DNA of 64,000 bases from an uncultured Methanoregulaceae archaeon (GTDB lineage: Archaea > Halobacteriota > Methanomicrobia > Methanomicrobiales > Methanospirillaceae), in NCBI GenBank assembly GCA_963841015.1, contig CAWJAX010000003.1, positions 672,001 to 736,000 of the forward strand. The letters run 5' to 3'. Every line of letters starts with the position of its first letter. Positions within the stretch are counted from its first letter, which is position 1. The notes under the pieces were generated by a model, which saw only the letters and a program-made list of their open reading frames with translations, was not told the origin of the DNA and made no database searches. Both the position numbers and the translations under genes were made by a program. Shown piece by piece: positions 11,535 to 21,998 of the stretch.

Positions 11535-12716
11535 TTAAAAATCCGTCATCACACGGAACTGGTCGATCTCTTCCTTCTCCAGTTTGTCTAAGAACTCGTC
11601 TGCCGAGTGCTTGATGTCCTTGCTTGCAGTGATTGCACGGCCGACAACGAGGATGTCTGCTCCCGCTTTCAATGCATCCTTCACGACATTGACCCGGACT
11701 CCGCCTGCTGTTGCGACAAGGAGTTTTCCGCCTGCCGCTTTCTTGATTGCAGCGATGTCGCCCCAGGCATGTGCGGTGTCTTCGGTGTCGATGGCACGGT
11801 GGAGTTCCACGATGTCCGGCTTGTTTTTCAGTTTCTCGATGACTTTTGCCGGGTTCTGGACATTGAGCATGTCGACTACTGAGTAGATGCCAACCTTTCG
11901 GGCTTCCGCAATGGCTTTTTCCATGGTCGAGATCGGGGCAAGTCCCGATACGACGACCGCGTCAGCAGATGCATCGGCTGCCATCCTTGCTTCGAGATTG
12001 CCGGTGTCCAGGATCTTCATGTCCGCGATGATGAACGCATTCGGCCGTAGCTTCCGCAGCTCAGTGATGACCCCGAGACCGAACTTCTTGATCAGGGGTG
12101 TGCCGGCCTCGATGATGAGGTGGTCGTTTTCCGGGAGTTCCTTCAACACCTTTGCCACTTTGCCCATATCGACAAGGTCAAGGGCCACCTGCAGGTAGGG
12201 GGGATCCCAGAGCCGGGTGACCTTGAATCCCATGATTGCGTGGGCAGCCCGGTCTTTTTCATAGACAAGCGTCTTTGCGTCGGGGAACTTGTCGAGTGCC
12301 CGGTGAATCGCAAGCTTGGTTGCACCGTAGTTGTACCGATAAATCTTGTTGTAGTCCAGTGCATCCGGGTGAACAAAGGCAGATGCCAGGATCACGACGT
12401 TTTCAATGTCCACATCGGTAAAAACACCTTCTTCCACGCAGTCCGCGACCGCTTTTGCAACGGCTGCCTGGACCGGACCAAACATCTCGTTGACTTGTGT
12501 CATCGTCTTTAACGTGACCTTAGGGATAACGAGGGTAACGGGTTTTGTGAGCAGGTTCGGGCGGACGACCGCGAGGAGCGGCGTATGCCCGGCAGACAAC
12601 TGGGATACCGCATGTGCAAATGCAGTCCCGATGGGACCTTCTTTGTCCCCCATTAAAAGGTCAATGTGTGCAACTTCTGCACCATCGCCTATGAGTGCTT
12701 CTCCGACAAGATACAT
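11535..12716 (-). CDS. fae-hps: Bifunctional formaldehyde-activating enzyme / 3-hexulose-6-phosphate synthase
   Basis: N-terminal Fae (VGEALIGDGAEVAHIDL, FGPVQAAVAKAV, YNYGAT); C-terminal HPS (LQVALD, IEAGTPL, ADMKILDTG). Confidence 0.95.
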   Translation of the reverse strand: MYLVGEALIGDGAEVAHIDLLMGDKEGPIGTAFAHAVSQLSAGHTPLLAVVRPNLLTKPVTLVIPKVTLKTMTQVNEMFGPVQAAVAKAVADCVEEGVFTDVDIENVVILASAFVHPDALDYNKIYRYNYGATKLAIHRALDKFPDAKTLVYEKDRAAHAIMGFKVTRLWDPPYLQVALDLVDMGKVAKVLKELPENDHLIIEAGTPLIKKFGLGVITELRKLRPNAFIIADMKILDTGNLEARMAADASADAVVVSGLAPISTMEKAIAEARKVGIYSVVDMLNVQNPAKVIEKLKNKPDIVELHRAIDTEDTAHAWGDIAAIKKAAGGKLLVATAGGVRVNVVKDALKAGADILVVGRAITASKDIKHSADEFLDKLEKEEIDQFRVMTDF

Positions 12717-12788
12717 GGAACTCTCCGTTCGTTGTTATAATGTGTCTGTAAGCTATGATAAATTTATCAAACGAAAGTTTCGCACACT

Positions 12789-12929
12789 ACCAATAACTCA
12801 TGAAGAAAACCTGCAGGGACTTATAAAAAAACAATGCATCCCTCTGAATAGGATTCTCCCCTGCCAGGGGAATTTTATGAACACCAGGGAGGAATTTTCT
12901 CCGGTAAGTTTTTCGATAGAGTATTTGGT
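12789..12929. mobile_element. Possible degenerate MITE-like element bounded by ~30-bp imperfect inverted repeats
   Basis: Left accaataactcatgaagaaaacctgcagg vs reverse complement of right end accaaatactctatcgaaaaacttaccgg; internal hairpin ttctcccctg-c-caggggaa. Confidence 0.35.
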
Positions 12930-12972
12930 GCGATAAATCATCGATTCCAAGAATCAGAATAGAGAGAAAATG

Positions 12973-13194
12973 TGGGGTTGGTGAGATTTGAACTCACGAT
13001 CGACGGGTCTCTCCGACATGCATCAGTGCTCCAACGGGTCATCATCAAACATCAGAACTTCAATGAGTTATCGATGTCCTCTCTGACTGAAGTCAGAAAG
13101 ATTAATTCAGCAGACCCATTGTTCATCATCTGCGAGCACAAAGAACGCAAAGACCGCTGGAGCCCGTCGCCATTCCGGGCTAGGCCACAACCCC
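12973..13194 (-). tRNA. trnW: tRNA-Trp(CCA) with 148-nt intron at 37/38
   Basis: GGGGTTG/CAACCCC acceptor stem, ACGGG-CT-CCA-G anticodon arm, GTTCAAATC T-loop; intron 13009..13156 with BHB helix CUCC/GGAG. Confidence 0.95.
13009..13156 (-). ncRNA. Intron-encoded box C/D guide RNA predicted to direct Cm34 and Cm39 of pre-tRNA-Trp
   Basis: Box C 13123-13129, D' 13107-13110, C' 13039-13045, D 13023-13026; both guides pair with the pre-tRNA and the N+5 rule lands on positions 34 and 39. Confidence 0.9.
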
Positions 13195-13469
13195 TTGGTC
13201 ACGCGGGGACTTAGATTTGCCCTGAGCTGACTATACAGAATCGCGCTAAATAAATTTAATAGTTTTCCTTTTTGCAGTCTTTGGCGGAAAAGCAATGCGA
13301 TAAAAAAAACCGAAATTTTTCTGATGGCAGATTCTTTATGATTTATACATTATATGGTGGAGAGGACCCGAAAATTTTAGATCTGTGTATTAAAAAAATC
13401 CGAGGTTTGAGAAGAGGATAAACATCATATCATTAATCATATATTCTGTTCTCACTCCATATTTTAGGG

Positions 13470-15170
13470 ATGGTTGAGGGCAGCTATGCGAGCGGGACAT
13501 CGACAGTTCCCCTCCTGGGGATGTCGATCGGGGAGATGTTGAACAGCATTGTAGCGAAATATCCGGACAATGAGGCAATTATCTCGGTTCACCAGAATAT
13601 TCGATGGACATATCGCGAATTTCTTGAGCGTGTGGATGAGGTAGCCCGCGGGCTGATGGGCCTTGGGGTCGAGAAAGGTTTTCGTGTTGGTATCTGGGCC
13701 ATGAACCATGCAGAATGGGTTGTTGTCCAGTTCGCGACTGCGAAGATCGGTGCTATAATGGTGAACATCAACCCTGCTTACCGCACCTATGAACTGGAGT
13801 ATGCGCTCAAACAGTCAGAGATTCAGACACTTATTATTCAGGGACGGTTCAAAACCTCTGATTACGTGGGGATGTTCTACGAAGCATGCCCTGAAGCGTA
13901 TGAAGCGAAGCCCGGAAGAATCTCATCGGATAAGTTCCCGTTCCTGAAAAATGCAATCTTCATGGGTGATATCCCCTACGGGGGTATGTTTACCTGGAAT
14001 GAACTCCTGAAAAAAGCAGAAGAAATTACCAATGACGAGCTGATTAACCGGGGCGAAATGCTCACATTTGACGATGCAATCAATATCCAGTATACCAGCG
14101 GTACGACCGGATTCCCCAAAGGCGTTGTGCTTACCCACCATGGGGTCCTCAACAATGGTTATATCATTGGGGAAGGGATGGGATTTTCAGATAAAGACCG
14201 GCTCTGCATTCCTGTGCCTTTCTACCATTGCTTCGGTATGGTGCTCTCCAACCTCGCCTGCGTGACCCATGGTTCAACAATGGTGCTGCCTGCTCCCACA
14301 TTCGATGCCGAGGAGGTCTTAAAAACCGTTGAGAAAGAGCGGTGCACAGCTCTTCATGGTGTACCAACCATGTTTATCGCTGAACTGACACACCCGAATT
14401 TCGAAAAATACAACCTGAAGTCTCTGCGAACCGGCATCATGGCAGGGTCACCTTGCCCGATTGAGGTAATGAAACAGGTCAATACAAAGATGCACATGAG
14501 CGAGATTGTTATCGTGTACGGGCAAACCGAAACCTCACCGGGGGTTACGATGACAACAACCAAAGATCCGGTTGAGCGACGGGTCTCGACAGTCGGGCGT
14601 GCCTTCCCGCATACCGAGCTCAAGATTGTGGATGCCAAGACAGGAAAGATAGTTCCCATTGGAGAGATTGGTGAGATCTGCGCACGTGGATACTGTGTTA
14701 TGAAATGTTACTACAATAACCCGTCTGCAACCCACGCAACACTTGACTCAAATCACTGGAACCACACCGGAGATCTTGGGACAATGGATGATGCAGGTTA
14801 CTTCAGAATCGTGGGTCGCCTCAAGGACATGGTAATCCGTGGTGGCGAGAACATCTACCCGCGTGAGATCGAGGAGTTCCTGCATCACCACGAAAAGATT
14901 GCCGATGTTTATGTCGTAGGAGTCCCGGATAAAAAATATGGAGAGGAACTGTGCGCATGGGTGAAAGTAAAGGAGGGACATATGCTGTCCGAACAGGAGG
15001 TGAAGGATTTCTGTAAAGGCAAAATTGCTCATTTCAAGACCCCCAGATACGTGATGTTTGTCAACGAGTTCCCGATGGGCGTGACCGGCAAGATACAAAA
15101 ATTCAGGATGCGGGAAGACTCTATCAGGATACTCGGGCTTGAAGCGGCAGAGAAGATTGAGACTGCGTAA
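13470..15170 (+). CDS. AMP-forming acyl-CoA synthetase (ANL superfamily)
   Basis: [48 protein letters not shown]. Confidence 0.93.
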   Translation: MVEGSYASGTSTVPLLGMSIGEMLNSIVAKYPDNEAIISVHQNIRWTYREFLERVDEVARGLMGLGVEKGFRVGIWAMNHAEWVVVQFATAKIGAIMVNINPAYRTYELEYALKQSEIQTLIIQGRFKTSDYVGMFYEACPEAYEAKPGRISSDKFPFLKNAIFMGDIPYGGMFTWNELLKKAEEITNDELINRGEMLTFDDAINIQYTSGTTGFPKGVVLTHHGVLNNGYIIGEGMGFSDKDRLCIPVPFYHCFGMVLSNLACVTHGSTMVLPAPTFDAEEVLKTVEKERCTALHGVPTMFIAELTHPNFEKYNLKSLRTGIMAGSPCPIEVMKQVNTKMHMSEIVIVYGQTETSPGVTMTTTKDPVERRVSTVGRAFPHTELKIVDAKTGKIVPIGEIGEICARGYCVMKCYYNNPSATHATLDSNHWNHTGDLGTMDDAGYFRIVGRLKDMVIRGGENIYPREIEEFLHHHEKIADVYVVGVPDKKYGEELCAWVKVKEGHMLSEQEVKDFCKGKIAHFKTPRYVMFVNEFPMGVTGKIQKFRMREDSIRILGLEAAEKIETA

Positions 15171-15445
15171 GACCCTCCCGATGAAAAAATAACAAGGGTA
15201 TGAAGCAGGTACTCTATGCTCCACAAGGGAATCGTACTGATTATTTGCGAATGCCATTAGCTTGAATCCCCCAACAATATGTGCTGCAGATTTCCTGCTG
15301 GCATGACGGTTGTTTCAAAAAAAATCTGTCTGCTTCTCGATTATTATTGCAGAAATGAGGGGGAAAATATGTCTGATCCTGGATTACCGGAACTTATGCC
15401 GATCAGGTAATTCTCCTTTCCCAAATAAAATGAAAAAACAAGAAA

Positions 15446-15511
15446 TTTTATATGCCGGATAGCGTAACACTACTATGAAAATTAAATTGAGTTAACTAAA
15501 GTAATTTTTAT
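15446..15511 (+). promoter_or_regulatory. cbi operon promoter with candidate inverted-repeat operator
   Basis: TTTTATAT box near 15446-15453; ATGAAAATTA-N17-TAATTTTTAT at 15475-15511. Confidence 0.4.
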
Positions 15512-15546
15512 TTCGAAGATCCGATCGGATTTCAACGGGTGATAGC

Positions 15547-16239
15547 ATGCACATTATGGAAGGATTTCTCCCCCTGCAGTGGTGTATTGTGTGGTGGATT
15601 ATCGCACTGCCCTGCTTACTACTCGGTATATACCAGCTGAAAAAAGTGGTGGATCTTGATCGGGAAGCCCTTCCCCTTCTGGGAGTGACAGGGGGATTTA
15701 TTTTCATTCTTTCATCCTTAAAACTCCCTTCAGTCACCGGCAGTTGTTCCCATCCTACCGGTACCGGGCTCTCAACAATATCCTTTGGGCCATGGATCAC
15801 CGCAGTAGTCTGTGCGATTGTTCTCGTGTTCCAGAGCCTCTTCCTTGCCCATGGGGGACTTTCCGTTCTCGGAGCCAATATCGTCTCCATGGGTATTGTC
15901 GGACCCCTGGTAGGGTATGGGGTATACCGGTTACTCCGCAACACTTCCATAAATATCTACATAACGGTATTCCTGGTATGTGCTCTCGCGGATTTGTTCA
16001 CCTATGTGATGACGTCGCTTGAACTGGCGCTCGCATACCCGGCTGAGACCGGCGGTGTTGTCAGTTCATTCATCCTGTTCATGGGTATTTTTGCCATTAC
16101 GCAGATTCCTCTTGCCATTGTTGAGGGTGTTGTCCTTGCACTGGTGTTCAAATATATCGTGGCACTCAAACCGGATATCCTGATCCGGCTGAAAATATTC
16201 TCGGAGAAACAGATCAATGCGGCACGGAGTGAGATCTGA
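15547..16239 (+). CDS. cbiM: Cobalt ECF transporter substrate-binding component
   Basis: MHIMEGFLP N-terminus, GSCSHPTG, AHGG. Confidence 0.95.
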   Translation: MHIMEGFLPLQWCIVWWIIALPCLLLGIYQLKKVVDLDREALPLLGVTGGFIFILSSLKLPSVTGSCSHPTGTGLSTISFGPWITAVVCAIVLVFQSLFLAHGGLSVLGANIVSMGIVGPLVGYGVYRLLRNTSINIYITVFLVCALADLFTYVMTSLELALAYPAETGGVVSSFILFMGIFAITQIPLAIVEGVVLALVFKYIVALKPDILIRLKIFSEKQINAARSEI

Positions 16240-16541
16240 TGGCATTCAGGCATACGCTCGAAATCCTGGCCGTAATCGCAATTATAGCATTTTGCGCAGT
16301 GTTCCTCTACACGAGTGCAACAATGAGCGGAGCGGAATTTGCCGGCTCTGATAATGTAGGTTCAGGTCTGATCGCCGAACTTTCCGGCATACCTTTGGAT
16401 AATTTCCAACCGTTAATTCCCCAGTGGGAGCCTCCAAGCGGGGAGATTGAGTCGGCCCTGTTTGCCCTGCAGGCTGCCGTGGGAGGGATTCTGGTCGGGG
16501 GCGTATTTGGTTTCTGGATTGGGCAGAAGAAGAAAGCATAA
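16239..16541 (+). CDS. cbiN: Cobalt ECF transporter component CbiN
   Basis: FAGSD, WEPPSGEIESALFALQAA. Confidence 0.93.
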   Translation: MAFRHTLEILAVIAIIAFCAVFLYTSATMSGAEFAGSDNVGSGLIAELSGIPLDNFQPLIPQWEPPSGEIESALFALQAAVGGILVGGVFGFWIGQKKKA

Positions 16542-16568
16542 TCGATACAAAGAGAGAAAGGTACTTGA

Positions 16569-17358
16569 ATGTTTGAGGAACTTCTGGAAGATATTGCCCA
16601 GAAGAACGGACTCCGTGAAGTCAACACGTATCTTAAGCTAACCGTGGGTCTCGGAGCTATCCTCCTCTGTCTCCTTTCAACGAGTTACATTCCACCTCTC
16701 TTTATTGCTCTTCTCCTCACAGGAGCGATTCTCATCCTTGCCCGGGTGGATGCGAAAACCTATGCAGAACTGTTCGTTGTCCCCCTCTGGTTTGCCATCA
16801 TGAGTGTTGCCGGAATCATCCTTATCTCAGGAGGACAGGATGTTTTCTGGAGCTGGGATCTCCTGCCATCCTTCTCGTTGTCCATAACCCGGGAGAGTAT
16901 AAACCAGGGGATGTTGGTCTTCTGCCGGGTTATTGGCGGGATGTCAGCGATGATATTTATAGCCCTGACAGCGCCTATGACCGATATTTTCATTGTTTTT
17001 CGCCAGTGCAGGCTTCCGGAAGTTGTTATTGACCTGATGATGATCATCTATCGGTACTATTTTCATCCTGATGGACCAGGTCATCCAGATATACCATGCA
17101 CAGCTCATGCGCCTTGGATATTCCACGTGGCGCGAATCCATCCATTCCTTTGCGTCAATGAGCGGAGCTGCATTCATTGCCAGCTGGGATGCAGGAGAAG
17201 ATCTGATCCGGGCTATGGACGCACGCTGTTATGACGGGAAATTCGCTCTGCTGGGGGAGAGCCGGCCTGTTGAGTGGATTCCCGGTCTTACTGTCGTGGT
17301 CTTTCTCCTGCTTTCAACGGCAGTAGTGATTGCATCAGGGACTATTACCATAATTTAG
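16569..17358 (+). CDS. cbiQ: Cobalt ECF transporter T component, one frameshift near 17055
   Basis: ORFs 16569..17234 and 17071..17358 join; MIIYR, AQLMRLGY, AMDARCYDG motifs. Confidence 0.88.
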
Positions 17359-17368
17359 GTTGTGAGTC

Positions 17369-18571
17369 ATGAGCAGTATCATACTTGAAGCGCGGGATGT
17401 CCGATATCGCTATCCGCGGGGACTTGAAGCTATCAGCGGGATCAGTTTTCATATCCGCCGGAAAGAGAAGATCGCTCTCGTGGGTCCTAACGGGGCTGGC
17501 AAATCCACCCTCCTGAAGATGTTCAACGGAATGATACGTCCCGACTCTGGTCTTATGCTCTTTGACAACCAGCCAGTCGGGTATGATAAGGTATCGTTAT
17601 GGACATTACGTAAACGCGTGGGTTTTGTCCTCCAGAATCCTGACCGCCAGATAATTGCACCAACGGTATACCAGGATGTGGCATTCGGTCCAACCAATCT
17701 CGGCTATACTGATGATGATGTAAAAAGAGTCGTAACTATGGCGCTTCGGCATGTGGGGCTGGAAGGTTTTGAACGCCGACCACCTCATCATCTTTCCGGC
17801 GGCGAGAAGAAACGTGTGGCAATTGCAGGCGTGCTGGCAATGGATCCGGATGTGCTCGTCCTTGATGAACCAACCAGTGGTCTCGATCCATCAGGATCAG
17901 AAGATATTATGGAACTTCTTGATGAACTGAATCATGAAGGCAAGACAATAATCATCTCCACTCACGATGTAGAACTGGCATACCCGTGGGCTGATCGTGC
18001 CATCCTGATGCTCAAAGGAAAAATACTCCAGGAAGATATTCCCGAAGTTGCATTTGGCAATCCTGAATATATTCGAAGAGCACACCTGTCCCTGCCAACC
18101 CTCATTGAATTGCATCTGGAATTACAGAAAAGGGGATTTTTTCCGGAGGGGAAAAAACCCAGGACGGTTCTTGATATGATGCAGTGTTTTGAGACCATAA
18201 TCAAAAAGACCTGCTTTCATGCTCACCCGGGAACGATAACGATATGCAATGTTGACCGGGACAGTCCAGAATTATTACGTGTATGGCATTCCACACACAC
18301 CTCCATTTCAACAGGAGCGATGGGCACCCGGGCAAAGCAGCGTGCCGAAAATGAACATATCAACCTGGATTTCACGTATGGCGTCATCGACAAATGTATT
18401 CTTAAGGCCCTGCTGGGCGAGGATTCCCTGATCCTGACAACGGAAAGCATGATTAACCGCGTATATCAGCGGGTTGATTCCTATGGCCGGGAAAGTGGCA
18501 TATCTATTCAGGTCAACCAGCTTGATGGGGGAGCCCGGCCTTACAAGGAAGATATCGGGAGTGTGAAATGA
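17369..18571 (+). CDS. cbiO: Cobalt ECF transporter ATPase with C-terminal extension
   Basis: GPNGAGKST, LSGGEKKRVAIAG, LDEPT, STHD. Confidence 0.92.
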   Translation: MSSIILEARDVRYRYPRGLEAISGISFHIRRKEKIALVGPNGAGKSTLLKMFNGMIRPDSGLMLFDNQPVGYDKVSLWTLRKRVGFVLQNPDRQIIAPTVYQDVAFGPTNLGYTDDDVKRVVTMALRHVGLEGFERRPPHHLSGGEKKRVAIAGVLAMDPDVLVLDEPTSGLDPSGSEDIMELLDELNHEGKTIIISTHDVELAYPWADRAILMLKGKILQEDIPEVAFGNPEYIRRAHLSLPTLIELHLELQKRGFFPEGKKPRTVLDMMQCFETIIKKTCFHAHPGTITICNVDRDSPELLRVWHSTHTSISTGAMGTRAKQRAENEHINLDFTYGVIDKCILKALLGEDSLILTTESMINRVYQRVDSYGRESGISIQVNQLDGGARPYKEDIGSVK

Positions 18572-19905
18572 GCGGTATTCCCCGCATTGTTATTGCCGGT
18601 ACGCACAGCGGGTGCGGGAAGACAACTGTTGCAAGCGGTATCATGTCTGCACTCACAGCACGGGGGCTGAACGTTCAGCCTTTCAAAGTAGGACCGGACT
18701 TCATCGATCCTTCTCATCATACCCGGATCTGCGGACGCCCTTCACGGAACCTTGATCCTTTCATGATGGGAGAACAGGGCTGCATCGACACATTTCTCAG
18801 GGCGACAAAAGGGGCTGATATCGCAGTAATCGAAGGAGTCATGGGAATATATGATGGAATTGACGGGACGGATTTTTCGAGTACTGCCCATGTTGCACGC
18901 ATCCTGAAAGCCCCTGTCATCCTTGTCGTTGATATTAAAGGAATGTCCAGAAGTGTTCTGGCTCTGATCCGGGGATACCGGGACTTTGATACGACCATTT
19001 CAATAAAAGGAGTTATTCTGAATCGCGTGGGAAGTCAGCGACACCGCGATATGATTGAGGGGTCTGTTTCGTTACCGGTGTTTGGCTGGATTCCAAAACG
19101 CGAAGATATCGCGATTGATAGTCGCCATCTTGGGCTTAAGATGGCATATGAAAACGGATCGATGACAGAATTTGGACCAGTAATCGAAGAATTCTGCGAT
19201 CTGGATGCTCTTTTTGTATGTGCAGAGAACGCAACAAAAGTGATCTCGCACAAAAAGGCTTCACGGTCGGGATCAGGGGAAAAAAAGCATGCATCTATAG
19301 GAGTTGCATGGGATAATGCATTCTGTTTTTACTATCAGGATAACCTCGATCGTCTGCGTGACAACGGTGCTGAGATTGTCTTTTTCAGCCCCCTGACTGA
19401 TCCACTACCGGAGGTTGATGCTCTCTATTTTGGAGGGGGATATCCGGAATTGCATCTTTCTGCACTGGAATCTTCACAAAGTACAAAAAAATTGAAATCT
19501 ATAGTTGATGCTGGTATTCCCCTCTATGCCGAATGTGGGGGACTCCTGTATCTGACTCGTGAAATTATCGCTGATCGGACATACCGGTTATGCGAGGTAC
19601 TCCCGGCCGATGCAGAAATGACGTCCCGGGTTCAGGCACTTGGCTATGTAAAAGGAGAAAGTATTGCAAATACCTCGTTCCTTCCACCGTTGCAGTGTAT
19701 AACCGGGCACGAATTTCATTACTCCCGGGTGCTCCCGCATCACGATGCACAATTTGCACTCAGATTAACCCGGGGAAAAGGTATTGAGGCGGGAAAGGAT
19801 GGCCTTATATCAGGAAATGCACTTGGGACCTATACCCACGCTTATTTTTCTGATGCATTTACCCGGCAGTTTATTGCTGCTGCGAATCATTTTTCAAAAC
19901 AATAG
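18568..19905 (+). CDS. cbiA: Cobyrinate a,c-diamide synthase
   Basis: SGCGKTT, FKVGPDFIDP, IEGVMG, GGGYPE, AECGG, GHEFHYS; cobalt-transporter context favours CbiA over paralog CfbB. Confidence 0.87.
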   Translation: MSGIPRIVIAGTHSGCGKTTVASGIMSALTARGLNVQPFKVGPDFIDPSHHTRICGRPSRNLDPFMMGEQGCIDTFLRATKGADIAVIEGVMGIYDGIDGTDFSSTAHVARILKAPVILVVDIKGMSRSVLALIRGYRDFDTTISIKGVILNRVGSQRHRDMIEGSVSLPVFGWIPKREDIAIDSRHLGLKMAYENGSMTEFGPVIEEFCDLDALFVCAENATKVISHKKASRSGSGEKKHASIGVAWDNAFCFYYQDNLDRLRDNGAEIVFFSPLTDPLPEVDALYFGGGYPELHLSALESSQSTKKLKSIVDAGIPLYAECGGLLYLTREIIADRTYRLCEVLPADAEMTSRVQALGYVKGESIANTSFLPPLQCITGHEFHYSRVLPHHDAQFALRLTRGKGIEAGKDGLISGNALGTYTHAYFSDAFTRQFIAAANHFSKQ

Positions 19906-20008
19906 ACGGAAATTTTTTTAAACGTTTGTAATCCAGCAAAAGTATTCACACAAGGCATAAAGGTATTGAAAGGCGAATCTATCATCAAGAGAATTCTGGT
20001 GAGAATAG

Positions 20009-21652
20009 ATGCGCAGCGATGAAGTAAAATCCGGGTACCAGAGGGCACCAAACCGGTCGCTCCTGCGTTCACTGGGAGTGACAGACCGGGAGATGGCACT
20101 CCCGTTCATTGGAATTGCCAATGCGTACAACACCATCGTCCCCGGTCATGTCCACCTCAGATGGCTGGCAGAGAAGGTACATGAGGGTATCGCTGCTGCA
20201 GGTGGAGTTCCGTTCGAATTTGGTGTGATTGGGATCTGTGACGGGATTGCTATGGGACATGAGGGGATGAGGTATTCCCTGCCCTCTCGGGAGAACATTG
20301 CTGATTCCATTGAACTCATGGTACAGGCACACCGCTTTGACGGACTGGTCTGTATTGGCACCTGTGATAAGATCGTGCCGGGAATGCTAATGGCAGCTGC
20401 ACGCTGCAATATTCCTTCGATTATCCTTACCGGGGGTCCGATGCTCTCAGGGTATCAGGACGGAAAAGACCTTTCACTGATTGATATCTTTGAGGGAGTC
20501 GGGAAAGTTGCGGCAGGTTCAATGAGCGAGACCGAACTCTGCGAACTGGAGTGTTGTGCAATGCCGGGCTGTGGGAGCTGTCAGGGGCTGTATACGGCAA
20601 ACACCATGGCATGTATGACAGAAGCCATGGGTATGTCACTTCCCGGTTGCGCCGCAATTCCCGCTGTGGACGCAGGAAAACTGCGTATTGCCCGGGAGAC
20701 CGGGGAAGCTATCATACCCCTTGTTAAAAAACAGATCAAACCGCGTGATATTATTTCAAAAAAGAGCCTCCATAACGCAATCCGGGTTGATATGGCACTT
20801 GGAGGATCGACCAATACAGTGTTGCACCTGATGGCAATTGCCTCTGAGGCAGAAGTCCCGTTATCTCTTCAGGATTTCAATTCCCTTGCTGAGGAAGTTC
20901 CCCATATTTGTCACATGCAACCCTCAGGTCCGCACTCCATGCAGACACTCTACCGGGCTGGAGGTATTCCGGCAGTCCTCAAACGATTGGAAAAGTATCT
21001 TGATGACTCCCCTACCGTTTCAGGTAAAAAAATTCTGCAGATAGCCAAAACTGCAAAAGTAAAAAATGAGGCCATAATCAGGTCCACAAAGAATCCGATA
21101 AGTCCTGCAGGGGGATTAAAGATCCTTTTTGGCTCTCTTGCACCAGATGGTGCTGTCGTAAAATGTGCTGCAGTACCAAAAGATATGTGGAAACATACGG
21201 GACCGGCAAGGGTCTTTGATGGTGAACAGCTGGCGATGAAAGCAATTCTTGCCCGCGAGATTAATGAGGGGGATGTGATTATCATACGTTATGAAGGGCC
21301 TCGAGGCGCGCCGGGTATGCCTGAAATGCTCTCCCCCACATCTGCACTTATGGGATTAGGCTACACCAGCGTTGTTCTGATCACCGATGGCAGGTTCTCA
21401 GGGGGAACCCGGGGGCCATGCATCGGGCATGTCGCCCCTGAGGCAGCGATTGGGGGTCCTATAGCACTCGTTTGCGAAAAAGACCTGATCGAAATCGATC
21501 TCTTCAGGAAAAAAATTGATATCTCAGTCGATGCAAAAACGCTGGAGCAGCGTAAGAAAACATGGAAACCCCCTATAAAACCACTTTACGGTGTGCTGGC
21601 ACGGTATGCCAGAACCGTAGAGCAGGCAAATCTTGGGGCTGTGCAAAAATAA
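20009..21652 (+). CDS. ilvD: Dihydroxy-acid dehydratase
   Basis: [33 protein letters not shown]. Confidence 0.96.
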   Translation: MRSDEVKSGYQRAPNRSLLRSLGVTDREMALPFIGIANAYNTIVPGHVHLRWLAEKVHEGIAAAGGVPFEFGVIGICDGIAMGHEGMRYSLPSRENIADSIELMVQAHRFDGLVCIGTCDKIVPGMLMAAARCNIPSIILTGGPMLSGYQDGKDLSLIDIFEGVGKVAAGSMSETELCELECCAMPGCGSCQGLYTANTMACMTEAMGMSLPGCAAIPAVDAGKLRIARETGEAIIPLVKKQIKPRDIISKKSLHNAIRVDMALGGSTNTVLHLMAIASEAEVPLSLQDFNSLAEEVPHICHMQPSGPHSMQTLYRAGGIPAVLKRLEKYLDDSPTVSGKKILQIAKTAKVKNEAIIRSTKNPISPAGGLKILFGSLAPDGAVVKCAAVPKDMWKHTGPARVFDGEQLAMKAILAREINEGDVIIIRYEGPRGAPGMPEMLSPTSALMGLGYTSVVLITDGRFSGGTRGPCIGHVAPEAAIGGPIALVCEKDLIEIDLFRKKIDISVDAKTLEQRKKTWKPPIKPLYGVLARYARTVEQANLGAVQK

Positions 21653-21667
21653 GTAAATTCAATTTTT

Positions 21668-21879
21668 GGCTCGGGAGAAAAGCTCAATATCAAGCTGAAC
21701 ATTCAACAGGGATTTCACCCCCGGCACATCCGCTTCCCCCAAAATTCAATAATCCCTCAAACAGGTTATACGTCGTTATCACAAAGTGCAGGAGGGTATG
21801 GGGGGACAGGCGCGGTCCCCTCCGTCTTCTTGCTCGTGCTTCGTATTTTATGTCAAATTAAAGGAATCCTATAAAACCC
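21668..21879. mobile_element. MITE-like element, copy A (~212 bp)
   Basis: Colinear similarity to 47174..47380; flanked by AATTTTT direct repeats; degenerate terminal inverted repeats. Confidence 0.65.
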
Positions 21880-21998
21880 AATTTTTTAAAAAATTGTCAT
21901 ATTCATGTATCAGGGATATTTTTATTCCCGGGCCAACCATCGATACCGTCATCATGGCGTGGGAGACATCCCGTATCGGGAAAAAGACACTGGTATCC

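Noticed and set aside
12972-13214. 80-aa ORF at 12972..13214 (also 28706..28924 and 52975..53160)
   Set aside because: Antisense to tRNA genes
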